A stretch of 64,000 nt of DNA, from NCBI GenBank assembly GCA_012839925.1, contig DUMJ01000014.1, forward strand, positions 12,736-76,735, written 5' to 3'. The number at the start of each line of letters is the position of its first letter. Position 1 is the stretch's first letter. The stretch comes from a bacterium (lineage in GTDB: Bacteria > DUMJ01). Of the stretch, positions 1 through 10,500 are shown one piece after another. The translations under genes and the position numbers were made by a program. Under the pieces are notes generated by a model. It saw only the letters and a program-made list of their open reading frames with translations, ran no database searches and was not told where the DNA came from.

Positions 1-930
1 AACGTGAGAATAGTGGGGATAGCAGAATCTCACGAGCCACTTAGAGAAAGAGCCAGAAAAGATTTTGGAGTAGATAAATTTTATGACACCTATGAAGAGT
101 TGCTGGATGGAGAAAAATTAGATATACTTCAAATCGCCTGTGAGAACAGTAAACATGCAGATATCACAGAATACGCTGCCTCAAAAGGGATAGATATCAT
201 CGTTGAGAAGCCTATGGCTGAGAGCTATAAGAGTGCATTAAGGATGTTTAATGCCGCCACGAAAAATAAAATAAAGCTTATGATAAACTGGCCTACTAAC
301 TGGAATCTTTCAATCAGGAAGGCTCTGGAGACAGCCAAAAGTGGCGGGATAGGTAGAGTCTTTCAGTTTAAGTATAGGGCTGGGCACAAGGGACCAAAAG
401 AAATTGGATGCTCAATCTATTTTTATAGCTGGCTCTACGATCCAGAGAGAAATGGAGCAGGGGCATATATGGATTTTTGTGGATATGGAGCTCATATGGC
501 TGGATATCTGCTGGGGAGACCTTTGAGTCTCTTAGCCACTGGTAAAAACCTTGTAAGGGATTATATACCAGCCGAGGATAATGCGATACTTGTAATGGAG
601 TACGATAAGGCTATGGCTATAGCTGAGGCTACCTGGAGTCAGATTGGTCCTGGACCGAGTGAAAATCCAGTACTATATGGAACTGAAGGGAGTATAGCCG
701 TGACAGGAGGAGGGGTAATCTTGTACCTTGATGAAAAAGAACCTCAAATCTTACCAGTAGAGGCTCCTCCCCCATTTGCAAGAAGTGCAGTCTCTTATTT
801 TTTACACTGTGTAGAAAACGATATAATGCCGGAAGGACTCTCCAGTCCTGAACTTGCTCTACAGACACAGAAGATTCTGGACCTTGGATTGGAGAGTATG
901 AGGTTGAAAAAAGCGATAGCTGTTGAGTAA
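1..930 (+). CDS. Gfo/Idh/MocA family oxidoreductase (5'-partial, N-terminal Rossmann part outside window)
   Basis: The open frame runs from nt 1. The translation (EKPMAESY..., GHKGPKE..., C-terminal alpha/beta domain) is typical of Gfo/Idh/MocA dehydrogenases. There is no GxGxxG motif, so the N-terminus is missing. Confidence 0.6.
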   Translation, partial: NVRIVGIAESHEPLRERARKDFGVDKFYDTYEELLDGEKLDILQIACENSKHADITEYAASKGIDIIVEKPMAESYKSALRMFNAATKNKIKLMINWPTNWNLSIRKALETAKSGGIGRVFQFKYRAGHKGPKEIGCSIYFYSWLYDPERNGAGAYMDFCGYGAHMAGYLLGRPLSLLATGKNLVRDYIPAEDNAILVMEYDKAMAIAEATWSQIGPGPSENPVLYGTEGSIAVTGGGVILYLDEKEPQILPVEAPPPFARSAVSYFLHCVENDIMPEGLSSPELALQTQKILDLGLESMRLKKAIAVE

Positions 931-936
931 ACGATA

Positions 937-962
937 AGAGCCCTGATAGTTATCAGGGCTCT
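937..962. terminator. palindromic hairpin between convergent genes (possible bidirectional terminator, no clear U-tract)
   Basis: agagccctgata-gt-tatcagggctct is a perfect 12-bp inverted repeat. It lies in the 22-nt gap between the ends of two convergent CDSs. Confidence 0.3.
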
Positions 963-1984
963 CCTACAAGTTCTCTCCTTAGAAACTCAAAAGCCTTCCT
1001 TCCACTTATCTGATGTCTTCCCTCGAATATATCTGTGTCGAATCTCTCCGGGACGCCTAAAAGTTCGTATACCCTTCTTACCTTTGATATGGCAAATTCA
1101 GTTGCTTTTATGGGAAATATATTATCTTTGGTTCCACTCTCCACCAGGAGAGACCTCGGGGCTATAAGTCCTGCTATATCATACATCTCTGCATACTTCA
1201 GTATCCCTGGCACATAGTTACATTCACAGTGATGTATGGAGAGTATGCTATCCTTAAATGTGTTCAGATATCCGCTTACCACCGCTGCTTTTATCCTTTC
1301 ATCAAGTGCCGAGGAGAAGAGTGCTGTCATACCTCCTCCAGAGATACCCATAACACCTATGGAGTTCCTGTTAACCTCTTCTCTGGTCTCCAGATAGTCT
1401 ATTGCTCTCATTATGTCCCATACCCTCATCCCCAGAACAGTTTTACCGAGTAACATCGCCCAGAAAGAGACTTTCCGGCAGGACGACTGATATTTATCCC
1501 TTTCAATATCTTCTGGCTCTCTCCTCTCTCCAAAGCAGGACTGTTCAATGGCAAAAGTAACAAGACCGCTCTTTACAAGTGAGATGCCAAAATCCTTCTG
1601 ATAACCATCGGGGATGGACCTTTCTGTCCCATCTTCCCAGATACCTACAATATCATCCTTTCCATAGCCATGTCCATGAAGCGCTATTACCCCTGGAGCT
1701 GGTAATCTTGTCTCTTTGGGAATTAACAGATACCCAACAACACTCACTTTAGGTGCACTATTGAATATCACTCTCTCTCTGGTATAATCTTTGAATTCTT
1801 TTCTCTCCAACACTTCAGGTTCTAAGGGAATTCTATCGGTAAATCCTCCTAGAAGTTCTATCAGTTTTTCTTTCAGGCTTTCTCTCCAGACCTTCCACTC
1901 CTCTACGGTCTGAGCCTTAAATTCATAGACTCTCTCCTCATCGTAGAGAGCTAGAAATGATTCAACAGGACGAAGATATCGCAT
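953..1984 (-). CDS. alpha/beta hydrolase (acetyl-xylan-esterase/CE7-like or dienelactone-hydrolase-like)
   Basis: 343 aa. Nucleophile elbow GISGGG (GxSxG). HGHG oxyanion-type motif. Overall alpha/beta-hydrolase layout. Confidence 0.6.
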   Translation of the reverse strand: MRYLRPVESFLALYDEERVYEFKAQTVEEWKVWRESLKEKLIELLGGFTDRIPLEPEVLERKEFKDYTRERVIFNSAPKVSVVGYLLIPKETRLPAPGVIALHGHGYGKDDIVGIWEDGTERSIPDGYQKDFGISLVKSGLVTFAIEQSCFGERREPEDIERDKYQSSCRKVSFWAMLLGKTVLGMRVWDIMRAIDYLETREEVNRNSIGVMGISGGGMTALFSSALDERIKAAVVSGYLNTFKDSILSIHHCECNYVPGILKYAEMYDIAGLIAPRSLLVESGTKDNIFPIKATEFAISKVRRVYELLGVPERFDTDIFEGRHQISGRKAFEFLRRELVGEP

Positions 1985-2047
1985 CTTCTCAGCCTCCTTA
2001 TAAATGTTTCTTATTATTCTACCACCTTTTCTATCAGAGTTCCTAAT

Positions 2048-2076
2048 TTGACGATACTTGAGTATTGGGTTAAAAT
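2048..2076 (+). promoter_or_regulatory. sigma70-like promoter (TTGACG-17-TAAAAT) for glycan/LPS gene cluster; ATG only ~10 nt downstream (near-leaderless)
   Basis: TTGACG at 2048-2053, a 17-nt spacer and TAAAAT at 2071-2076. The first CDS ATG is at 2086. Confidence 0.3.
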
Positions 2077-2085
2077 AATTATGGT

Positions 2086-3222
2086 ATGGGAAAAGACATC
2101 AATGATAAGAGGATAAAACTGGAAGAGACTGCCCTTGCCCTGTTTGCATTTTTTATGGGTATGGGGGGTGGTTTACTCAGTCCCTTTATATATATCTTCT
2201 ACAGATTGTTTTTGATAAAGAACTGGCACTTAAAGTTTGATCTGTATTCTATCCTGCTTCTTATAGGGTTTCTGATGTCTGTTATCTTTTCTGAATACAG
2301 GATATTTTCACTGCAGAATTTTCTGGTCTTCTTCTTTATGTATATCGTATATTCTCTTCTGAGAACCAGTAATATAACCAGAGAAAGCTCAGATAGGATC
2401 TTTGACTACTGGTTGTTTGGTTCAACTCTACTTGCCTTTGGAGGAATGGTTGGATACCTCTATAGCGGTGTCTATGCAGACACACCATTCATGGGTAAGA
2501 ATGGAATAGGAACTTTACTGGCTACCGCTGTGCCAATATCTCAGGTAAAGTTATGCTGTAGAGGGAAACTTTACGATTATCTATCGTTTATCCTTATAAC
2601 TGCCACCCTTCTATTAAGTATGTCTCAGGGGGCATGGATCGGGTTATTCTTAGCGGAAATACTTTTGTTTGTCTTTGGAGATAAAAAAATAAGGAAGAGC
2701 ATACTTATTCTTGCTCTCCTTCTAATAGTACTGTTTTTTATCTTTTCAGTGCATTCTTTTGCCACTGGAAATAGATTCCTTGATTTCTTCTATACAAGGC
2801 TGGATATGACCTCTAATTCCAAGATTGACAGGATATATATCTGGAGGTCCAGTATAAAGATGTTTCTTGACCATCCCATAACCGGGGTAGGTCTTGGAAC
2901 GTTCTCTTTAGAATATCCAGACTATATACTTCCTGGAGCTCGCGAAATTATAGTTTCTTTCGCCCATAATCTCCCATTAAATCTCCTTGTGGAGACCGGT
3001 ATCGTGGGCTTTCTGACCTTTTTCTCATTTTTGATCTATCTCTATAGGAGATGTTTATCTTCCCTTAAGATCAGCAAAGACAACTTTTATCTGATGCTCC
3101 TCTCTTCTCTTACAGCTTATATGGGGCATCAGCTATTTGATGGAACTATGTGGTCTCTTCATATTGGGATAGTCTTCTGGTTATTGGGAGCTCTTATATT
3201 AAACTTCGATGAGAAGTCCTAA
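2086..3222 (+). CDS. O-antigen ligase/polymerase family membrane protein (Wzy_C/WaaL-like)
   Basis: 378 aa polytopic membrane protein. It has the characteristic periplasmic-loop region (...GVGLGTFSLEYPDY...AHNLPLNLLVETGIVGFL) of the O-antigen ligase family. Followed by two glycosyltransferases. Confidence 0.6.
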   Translation: MGKDINDKRIKLEETALALFAFFMGMGGGLLSPFIYIFYRLFLIKNWHLKFDLYSILLLIGFLMSVIFSEYRIFSLQNFLVFFFMYIVYSLLRTSNITRESSDRIFDYWLFGSTLLAFGGMVGYLYSGVYADTPFMGKNGIGTLLATAVPISQVKLCCRGKLYDYLSFILITATLLLSMSQGAWIGLFLAEILLFVFGDKKIRKSILILALLLIVLFFIFSVHSFATGNRFLDFFYTRLDMTSNSKIDRIYIWRSSIKMFLDHPITGVGLGTFSLEYPDYILPGAREIIVSFAHNLPLNLLVETGIVGFLTFFSFLIYLYRRCLSSLKISKDNFYLMLLSSLTAYMGHQLFDGTMWSLHIGIVFWLLGALILNFDEKS

Positions 3223-4276
3223 GGTCCTTTATCTTCTTCCCTACTTTGAATTGGGAGGAACAGAGAGACATCTGTTGGAGTTGGCGAGAATGGCAATTGG
3301 TGATTTCTCTATCCTGGTAGTTTCTCCCGGTGGTGATGGGGTTTCTCTGCTTGAGGAGTATGGAATTCCTCATATAAAGGTTCCAACACTTACTCTTTTT
3401 AATATCTTAAAATATAGGAGTATTATAAAAAAACTGATACTGGAATTCAGACCTTATATAATCCATATACATGGAGCTCATGAGCTGGTATTTATAGTAA
3501 AAAATCTCTTCCCCGATATCCCTGTAATATTTACCTCACACGGATATGCATCGAACTTCCCATTGCTTGATTATACCCTGTCAGCTGATATATGTGATAG
3601 ATATTCAGATAAGGTGATTGCTGTCTCTGAGTATGAAAGAAGACTTCTTTTAAAGAGAGGATTAAAAGATAGTAAGGTCTGTACCATATACAATGGTATC
3701 TCACCTGTGGAGGGTAATCTGAACCTGCCTCTCCCCAGAGATGTATCTTTTAAAATAGTTACTGTAGCAAGATTGACCAGAAAGAAGGGGATAAAATATC
3801 TTATAGAAGCCTTTGGTCTTATATCTAAAAAATATAAGGATACAGGATTATTTATAATAGGGGAGGGAGAAGAGAGGAAATACCTGGAGAAATTAGTCGG
3901 CAGGTTGAATCTGAGAAATGTCTTTTTTCTGGGGAAGATACCTGATGCCGGTAAATACTTAAATAACTTTGATATCTTTGTTCTGCCATCCCTCTCTGAA
4001 TCGTTAGGTATATCAATTATCGAAGCGTATGCGGAAAAGAGGGCGGTTATAGCAACAAAAATTGGTGGTATTCCGGAGTTAATTGTAGACGGTGAGACTG
4101 GTCTTTTGGTTGCGCCGGGAGACAGTTATGCCCTGGCTGATTCTATAGAGAAACTTATATTGGACAGGGCTCTCAGAGATAGACTTGCCTATAATGGTTA
4201 TAATAGATTTTTAGGATATTTTACTTCAGAGAAGATGTATGAGAAGACATTAAATGTATATAAAAGTTTCTTATGA
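3209..4276 (+). CDS. glycosyltransferase family 4
   Basis: 355 aa. GT-B fold with C-terminal GT4 motifs (FVLPSLSESLGISIIEAYAE...PELI). Overlaps the upstream gene by 14 nt. Confidence 0.75.
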   Translation: MRSPKVLYLLPYFELGGTERHLLELARMAIGDFSILVVSPGGDGVSLLEEYGIPHIKVPTLTLFNILKYRSIIKKLILEFRPYIIHIHGAHELVFIVKNLFPDIPVIFTSHGYASNFPLLDYTLSADICDRYSDKVIAVSEYERRLLLKRGLKDSKVCTIYNGISPVEGNLNLPLPRDVSFKIVTVARLTRKKGIKYLIEAFGLISKKYKDTGLFIIGEGEERKYLEKLVGRLNLRNVFFLGKIPDAGKYLNNFDIFVLPSLSESLGISIIEAYAEKRAVIATKIGGIPELIVDGETGLLVAPGDSYALADSIEKLILDRALRDRLAYNGYNRFLGYFTSEKMYEKTLNVYKSFL

Positions 4277-4299
4277 AAGGAGGATAAACAAATTGGTCT

Positions 4300-5364
4300 A
4301 TGTCTTACAGGATACTTTATATCCTTCCCTATATGAATCTGGGGGGAACAGAGGTTCACACCGTTGAGTTAATAAAAGGTATTAGAGACGAGTATGATGT
4401 ATTACTGGCAGGACCGGATGGTCCTGGTATTTCTCTCCTGGAAGAGAATGATATATCTTATACCAGCCTTCCTGGACTTACTCCGTATAACATAAGGGTC
4501 TATAAGGATATCTTATCGAGGATAATAAGGGATTATAAACCAGATTTAATCCATATACAGGGGAGGTATGAACCTGTACTCTTCAGTAAGAAGATTTCTC
4601 CCTCCACTCCGGTTATTCTGACCTGTCATGGATATGGAAATGCAGTTTCCCCCTTTGACTATATGTTTACTGCGATAACAGGAAATAGATGGGGAGATAG
4701 AGTAATTACGGTATGCAACTATGATAAAGAACTTTTATTAAAATTTGGCTTAAATCCCGAGAAGGTATCCTTGATATACAATGGGATTTCTTCTATAGAT
4801 GAGAGAAAGCCTCTGCCTTACAGTATAAGCCTGAAGATAGGTACGATTGCTAGTCTTATTAAAAGAAAAGGTATCAGTTATCTCATAGAGGCTATGAGTC
4901 TGATTACAAAAAGATTTAACGATGTGGGTTTATTTATAATAGGGGAGGGAAAGGAAAGGATAAGTCTCGAAAGTCTTGTAAATCAACTCAATATAAAAAA
5001 TCATGTCTATTTTCTTGGAGGGTTACCCAAAGCGCGATGTTATATCTGTAACTTTGATATTTTTGTTCTACCCTCACTTTTTGAGTCTTTACCGGTATCG
5101 ATTATCGAAGCGTATGCAGAAGGAAGACCGGTTATAGCCTCTAGAGTTGGTGGGGTTCCTGAACTTGTAATAGATGAAGTAACTGGCATACTTGTTCCAC
5201 CCAAAGATAGTCAGATATTAGCTAAAGCTATAGAAAGACTTATAGAGGATAGGGATCTGAGAGAAAGACTTGCCAAGAATGGTTATAATAGATATTTAGA
5301 GGATTTTACATTTTCTGCTATGGTAGAGAAGACCCGTATAGTATATAGGGATGTCCTAAAATGA
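4300..5364 (+). CDS. glycosyltransferase family 4 (tandem paralog of previous gene)
   Basis: 354 aa. Collinear similarity to 3209-4276 (LYLLPY/LYILPY, GGTE, FVLPSLxESL, IIEAYAE). Confidence 0.75.
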   Translation: MSYRILYILPYMNLGGTEVHTVELIKGIRDEYDVLLAGPDGPGISLLEENDISYTSLPGLTPYNIRVYKDILSRIIRDYKPDLIHIQGRYEPVLFSKKISPSTPVILTCHGYGNAVSPFDYMFTAITGNRWGDRVITVCNYDKELLLKFGLNPEKVSLIYNGISSIDERKPLPYSISLKIGTIASLIKRKGISYLIEAMSLITKRFNDVGLFIIGEGKERISLESLVNQLNIKNHVYFLGGLPKARCYICNFDIFVLPSLFESLPVSIIEAYAEGRPVIASRVGGVPELVIDEVTGILVPPKDSQILAKAIERLIEDRDLRERLAKNGYNRYLEDFTFSAMVEKTRIVYRDVLK

Positions 5365-6275
5365 AGATACCGATTATAGTTATTGGCGGTCCCACCGCTT
5401 CTGGTAAGACACAGCTGGCTATTGATTGGGCTCTCAAACTTGATGGAGAGATAGTCTCGTGTGATTCAAGACAGATATATAAGTTTATGGATATAGGTAC
5501 CGCAAAACCCACATTGGAAGAGAGGAGCCTTATACCGCATCATCTTGTGGATTTGATATATCCGGATGAGACCATGACCGCTGGAGAATTTCAGAAGCTG
5601 GCAAGAGAGATTATTAAAGATATACATTCCAGAGGAAAGGTTCCGTTTTTGGTTGGTGGGACTGGATTATATATAAGATCAGTTATAAGGGATATTGTCT
5701 TTCCACCTAAGGTGGATGAATATTACAGGAAATTCATAAAAGATAGAATTAATAGAGAAGGCTTGGGCAGTGTTTATAATGAACTCTGTAAAATTGACCC
5801 TGTAACTGCTGGTAAGATAAGCCCAAATGATGAGATAAGGATAACCAGGGCTCTTGAGGTTTATTATGCCACCGGGACTCCGATTTCCTTTTATAGAAAG
5901 GGAATAGATGTAGATTACCCTGAGTATGAGGTGATTTATCTGGTATTAAATCCTCCAAGAGGCATACTTTACAGAAGGATTGAAGAGAGGGTAGATAAGA
6001 TGATACAATTAGGGCTAGTGGAGGAAACCAGACATTTACTGGATATGGGATATAGTCCTGAACTTTCGTCCTTGCAAACACTGGGATATAGAGAGATAAT
6101 AAAGTACCTGAAAGGTATGTATGATTTGGAATCTGCTGTAGAAGAGATAAAGAAAGAGACCAGGCGATACGCTAAGAGACAGTCTACCTGGTTCAGGAAT
6201 GAGATAAGGGTTAGACTTATTACTTATGAGGAGGCTGAAGATGTATTTCGTGAAATCTCACGGTATAGGAAATGA
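5361..6275 (+). CDS. miaA: tRNA dimethylallyltransferase
   Basis: P-loop GPTASGKT, DSRQIYKxMDIGTAKP and the rest of the MiaA layout. The ATGA start overlaps the upstream stop. Confidence 0.85.
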   Translation: MKIPIIVIGGPTASGKTQLAIDWALKLDGEIVSCDSRQIYKFMDIGTAKPTLEERSLIPHHLVDLIYPDETMTAGEFQKLAREIIKDIHSRGKVPFLVGGTGLYIRSVIRDIVFPPKVDEYYRKFIKDRINREGLGSVYNELCKIDPVTAGKISPNDEIRITRALEVYYATGTPISFYRKGIDVDYPEYEVIYLVLNPPRGILYRRIEERVDKMIQLGLVEETRHLLDMGYSPELSSLQTLGYREIIKYLKGMYDLESAVEEIKKETRRYAKRQSTWFRNEIRVRLITYEEAEDVFREISRYRK

Positions 6276-7053
6276 TTTTGTTATTTTGGAGGATGCTGGG
6301 GACTTTAAAATCAGCAGTCTGGCTAAACTGCTCTGTGACAGGCACTTTGGGGTAGGGTCTGATGGATTATTGATATATGAGGATTCAAGCCTGGCAGACT
6401 TCAGGATGAGGATGTTTAACCCGGACGGTTCAGAAGCTGAAATGTGTGGTAATGGAATACGCTGCATTACTCTGTATGCATATAAGAGGAATCCAAAGAG
6501 AAACTTCAAGGTAGAGACCAAAGCTGGTATTATAGATTGCGAGATTACCTCGACCGAGCCATTCAGGGTCAGAGTAAATATGGGGTATCCCAGAGATATA
6601 CGACATCACTCTGTATCTATAGATGATAAGATATTTAATCTCACTCTTGTCTCTATGGGAAATCCACATGCGGTGAATTTTGTTGAAGATGTTGACAGTG
6701 TACCTCTGAGGGATTGGGGTCCTAAGATAGAAAACCATCCTGATTTTCCGAACAGGACAAATGTTGAGTTTGTTCAGGTACTGGATAGAGGACATATAAA
6801 TGTAAGGGTTTGGGAGAGAGGGGCAGGGGAAACTCTTGCCTGTGGAAGTGGTGCCTGTGCGGTTACAGTGGCAAGTATAGTGAACAATTATACAGATAGA
6901 TATGTGGAGATAACGCTTCCTGGTGGCAAACTCAATATAGAGTGGGATGGAGAGAGGGGGATTTTTATGGAAGGTCCTGCTGAAGAGGTATTTACTGGAG
7001 AGCTGGATAGAAATTATATGAAATCTAGATTAACGGAGGTAAAAGATGATTAG
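6226..7053 (+). CDS. dapF: diaminopimelate epimerase
   Basis: GNDFV motif, catalytic Cys motifs MCGNGIRC and ACGSGACA. 275 aa. Confidence 0.85.
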   Translation: MRRLKMYFVKSHGIGNDFVILEDAGDFKISSLAKLLCDRHFGVGSDGLLIYEDSSLADFRMRMFNPDGSEAEMCGNGIRCITLYAYKRNPKRNFKVETKAGIIDCEITSTEPFRVRVNMGYPRDIRHHSVSIDDKIFNLTLVSMGNPHAVNFVEDVDSVPLRDWGPKIENHPDFPNRTNVEFVQVLDRGHINVRVWERGAGETLACGSGACAVTVASIVNNYTDRYVEITLPGGKLNIEWDGERGIFMEGPAEEVFTGELDRNYMKSRLTEVKDD

Positions 7054-8218
7054 AAAGGCAAAGAGACTGGATAATATCCCACCCTACTTGTTTGCAGAGA
7101 TAGATAAGAAAAAGGAGGAGGCTGTAAAAAGAGGTGTGAAGGTTTTAAGCCTTGGTATAGGAGACCCTGATCTACCGACTCCCCCTCACGTGGTTTCTGC
7201 TCTCTATGAATCTGCAAAGATTGTTAGCAATCAAAAATATCCACCTTATGAGGGAACTAAAGAATTCAGAAAAGCGGTCTCTGACTGGTATGAGAAGAGA
7301 TTTAATGTCACCCTGGACCCTGAGAGGGAGGTCCTCACCCTCATAGGGTCAAAAGAGGGGATAGCCCATATCTTCCTGGCGTTTGTTGACCCTGGGGATA
7401 TAGCCCTCATACCTGATCCAGGATATCCGGTATATAAAGTAGCCACCATATTGGCTGGTGGTACACCATATACGTTTCCTCTAAAACCTGATACGTATCT
7501 TCCGGACTTTTCCAGCATCCCGGAAGATGTCGCCCGTAAGGCAAGGATAATGTTTCTGAACTATCCAAATAACCCGACAGCAGCAGTAGCAGATATGTCT
7601 GTATTTGAGGAGGCAGTAGCTTTTGCAAAAAAATATGATATTGTTCTCTGTCATGATAATGCATATTCAGAGATTACATTTGACGGTTTTGTCGCCCCAA
7701 GTATTCTGGAGGTCAAAGGTGCCAAAGATATAGCAATAGAGTTTCACTCACTCTCCAAGACATACAATATGACCGGATGGAGGATAGGGTTTGCTGTCGG
7801 TAATAGAGATATAATAGATGGTCTATCTATAGTAAAGACAAATGTTGATTCTGGTGTTTTTATAGCTATTCAATCTGCAGGGGTAGCTGCATTTAAAGGA
7901 CCACAGGATGTGGTCGAAGAGAATAAAAGGATTATAGCCAGGAGACGGGATATCTTTATTGAGGGATTGAAGAAGCTTGGATGGGATATAAAACCGCCAA
8001 AGGGTACATTCTATCTATGGGCTCCTATCCCTAAAAACTTTAAATCTTCTATAGAGTTTGCCGGTTATCTTCTGGACAAGACAGGTATAGTTGTTCCTCC
8101 AGGTATAGGTTATGGAGAAAATGGTGAAGGATACTTCCGTATTGCTCTCACAGTTGATGAATCTGTCTTGAAAGAGGCACTGGACAGGATGGAATCAGCC
8201 GGGATAAGGGGAGACTAG
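7046..8218 (+). CDS. dapL: LL-diaminopimelate aminotransferase (DapL-type class I aminotransferase)
   Basis: N-terminus [17 protein letters not shown]...[13 protein letters not shown] is the DapL signature. PLP-lysine region [14 protein letters not shown]. Adjacent to dapF. Confidence 0.75.
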   Translation: MIRKAKRLDNIPPYLFAEIDKKKEEAVKRGVKVLSLGIGDPDLPTPPHVVSALYESAKIVSNQKYPPYEGTKEFRKAVSDWYEKRFNVTLDPEREVLTLIGSKEGIAHIFLAFVDPGDIALIPDPGYPVYKVATILAGGTPYTFPLKPDTYLPDFSSIPEDVARKARIMFLNYPNNPTAAVADMSVFEEAVAFAKKYDIVLCHDNAYSEITFDGFVAPSILEVKGAKDIAIEFHSLSKTYNMTGWRIGFAVGNRDIIDGLSIVKTNVDSGVFIAIQSAGVAAFKGPQDVVEENKRIIARRRDIFIEGLKKLGWDIKPPKGTFYLWAPIPKNFKSSIEFAGYLLDKTGIVVPPGIGYGENGEGYFRIALTVDESVLKEALDRMESAGIRGD

Positions 8219-9429
8219 TGAATCCAGAAGATCTTTTGGAAGAGGCAGAGTCGGTTTGCAGCAATAAGATAAGGAAAATCAGGGAGATAACCAGGAAAAA
8301 CGAGCTTAAAGTCCTTTCTGCCTTTCTAGATGCCGGAATAGATGAGTATACCGTTTCTTTTGTGGGAACAGGTTATGGGTATGGAGATAGGGGGAGGGAT
8401 GCCCTTTCCAGGGTCTTTTCCCTTTCTCTATCCGCAGAGTCTGCCATAGTACTGCCCCAGATAATCTCAGGAACTCACGCAATCTCCAGTGCACTGTTTG
8501 CTCTTCTGAGACCGAAAGACAGGATAATGTCCCTTACCGGTCCAGTTTACGATACGCTGGAGAAGGTCATAGATTCGTTGAAAGAGTGGGAGATAGGATA
8601 TCAGGAGATCCCATTTGAACGTAGATTGGATACCGATTATATTGATAGCTCAGTAGAAATTCCCCCAAAACTCATATTTATACAGCGTTCCTGCGGTTAT
8701 AACTGGTCCAGGAAGTCTCTAACTATAGATGAGATAAATGAATTGATTCTTAATATAAAGCGCATATTTGATGAAAGTATTATACTCGTTGACAATTGTT
8801 ACGGAGAATTTGTAGAAGATAGAGAACCTCTAGATGCAGGTGCCGATATTATTGTCGGGTCTTTAATTAAAGGGGTGGGAGGAAATCTCGCACCTACAGG
8901 TGGATATATAGCCGGGAAGAAAGATGTAATAGACAGGATAGGATCAACCGTTACCGCTCCAGGACAGGGAAGGGATATTGGTCCTACATTGGGACTTCAG
9001 AAGGATATACTTCAGGGATTGCTCTTTGCTCCTCACTTTATAGGGGAATCTTTGACAGGTCTGACAATATCTTCCTATATTTTAGAACATATGGGTTTTA
9101 AGACTCTACCAGAGTGGAATGAGGATAGGGGAGATGCTGTATTGAGAGTGATTCTGAATAATGAAAAAAGCCTTATAAACTTCTTACAGGGGATACAGAG
9201 TTCCTGCCCTGTAAATTCTATGTATAAGCCAGAGCCTCAGGAAATTCCAGGTTATCCTGCCCCAGTGATCCTGGCAGGAGGAGGTTTTGTTCAGGGCTCT
9301 ACCGGGGAGTTTAGTGCGGATGGTATATTAAAGCCTCCCTATGTTGCTTTTATTCAGGGGGGTTATTCTTCTAATCTGGTAACTTTTGGTATAATTAAAA
9401 GTATAAAGAAGATTTTAGAGGAGGGTTAA
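8218..9429 (+). CDS. methionine gamma-lyase family protein (YnbB / aluminium-resistance-protein family, PLP fold type I)
   Basis: 403 aa. The N-terminal helix and the GTGYGYGD segment are typical of the YnbB family. Confidence 0.6.
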   Translation: MNPEDLLEEAESVCSNKIRKIREITRKNELKVLSAFLDAGIDEYTVSFVGTGYGYGDRGRDALSRVFSLSLSAESAIVLPQIISGTHAISSALFALLRPKDRIMSLTGPVYDTLEKVIDSLKEWEIGYQEIPFERRLDTDYIDSSVEIPPKLIFIQRSCGYNWSRKSLTIDEINELILNIKRIFDESIILVDNCYGEFVEDREPLDAGADIIVGSLIKGVGGNLAPTGGYIAGKKDVIDRIGSTVTAPGQGRDIGPTLGLQKDILQGLLFAPHFIGESLTGLTISSYILEHMGFKTLPEWNEDRGDAVLRVILNNEKSLINFLQGIQSSCPVNSMYKPEPQEIPGYPAPVILAGGGFVQGSTGEFSADGILKPPYVAFIQGGYSSNLVTFGIIKSIKKILEEG

Positions 9430-10500
9430 ATGAGGAAGAGTTTAAGTATTACCGTGGTAATTTTAATTCTTTTTGAACTTGTCCCAGCAAGTGTATATGC
9501 TTCTCAGAATAAACTGAGGGTGGGTTTTTTGGGTGTATTCATGGAGAATAAAGAAGAGCCGTCTCTCAGTAGTATGGTCAGCCCTATGTTCTCTGATAGT
9601 AAATTCTTTGTCTGGGAGAAGATAACTAAAGATACTCCAACATCAATCTTCTGGGGTGTGGCAAGGATTGATGCAAAGTTTCAGCATAATTCTAATAGTG
9701 TCTCTGGCAGGTTTACCTTATATATAAGAGAGCCTTCCACTAATGTTGATCTGTTTGTCCTTGATGCTACAGGAGTGAGCTCTACTTTTTCTGGAATGGT
9801 GGTGGATTGGAGTCCTTTTGAAAAGGAAGCTCTTCTTAATGGTCTATCAGTCTTTTCAAGGAGGCTTGAAGATTTATGGAGGAGTAACAGTATAGTTATC
9901 TATTCTGAAGGAAAAGTCTTCGAATGTGATATGGGAGAGTTAGTCGGCATAGTTGAGGGAAGTCATCTGAGTGTATTCAGAGATGACAGGCTTATAGCTA
10001 AAGGTAAGGTTACAAGTTTAGACCAAAAAAAGTGTAGGGCAGAGATTATATATAGTTCGGGGGATAAATCTCCCATTATGGGAGATTTGGTTAAGATTGC
10101 CTATATACCTCCAGCTCCAGAGGTTTCGTTTGTGAATCAGGCAAATTCAGTATTGAGCGCCATTGCCGGGGTAGCCCTTCTGGCTGGAATTGTAACGCTT
10201 TATAATATTGCCAGGGCAAATGCAGCTCCCAAGATAACACTTATTGCTCCCACGGACGGCATAGAGTTTAAGACTGGTCAGAAAGTCAACTTTTCCTGGC
10301 TCAGTAATCAAGACTTTCAACGCTATAAGATAGAAATAATGGATGCTACAGGTAATGTTATTGATGAGAATGACGATTCCGGTACCTCTTATCAAGCTAG
10401 CTTCTCTTCCATCGGTGAATATTCCTGGAAAGTTACAGGTTACACAAGTAATGGTACCTCTGTGGAGAGTGAAACCAGGACGTTTTATATAGTGTACTAA
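9430..10500 (+). CDS. hypothetical secreted protein with C-terminal Ig-like/beta-sandwich domain
   Basis: 356 aa. N-terminal signal peptide (ITVVILILFELVPASVYA). Internal hydrophobic segment near residue 240. Beta-rich C-terminal region. No recognisable catalytic motif. Confidence 0.4.
   Translation: MRKSLSITVVILILFELVPASVYASQNKLRVGFLGVFMENKEEPSLSSMVSPMFSDSKFFVWEKITKDTPTSIFWGVARIDAKFQHNSNSVSGRFTLYIREPSTNVDLFVLDATGVSSTFSGMVVDWSPFEKEALLNGLSVFSRRLEDLWRSNSIVIYSEGKVFECDMGELVGIVEGSHLSVFRDDRLIAKGKVTSLDQKKCRAEIIYSSGDKSPIMGDLVKIAYIPPAPEVSFVNQANSVLSAIAGVALLAGIVTLYNIARANAAPKITLIAPTDGIEFKTGQKVNFSWLSNQDFQRYKIEIMDATGNVIDENDDSGTSYQASFSSIGEYSWKVTGYTSNGTSVESETRTFYIVY

Noticed and set aside
1035-1453. Short + strand ORFs (60 and 74 aa) antisense to the alpha/beta hydrolase gene
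   Set aside because: They are antisense shadows inside a well-supported CDS, with no translation signals. The same applies to the other antisense ORFs in the track, such as 5749-6081, 20201-20641, 26178-26654 and 55991-56368.
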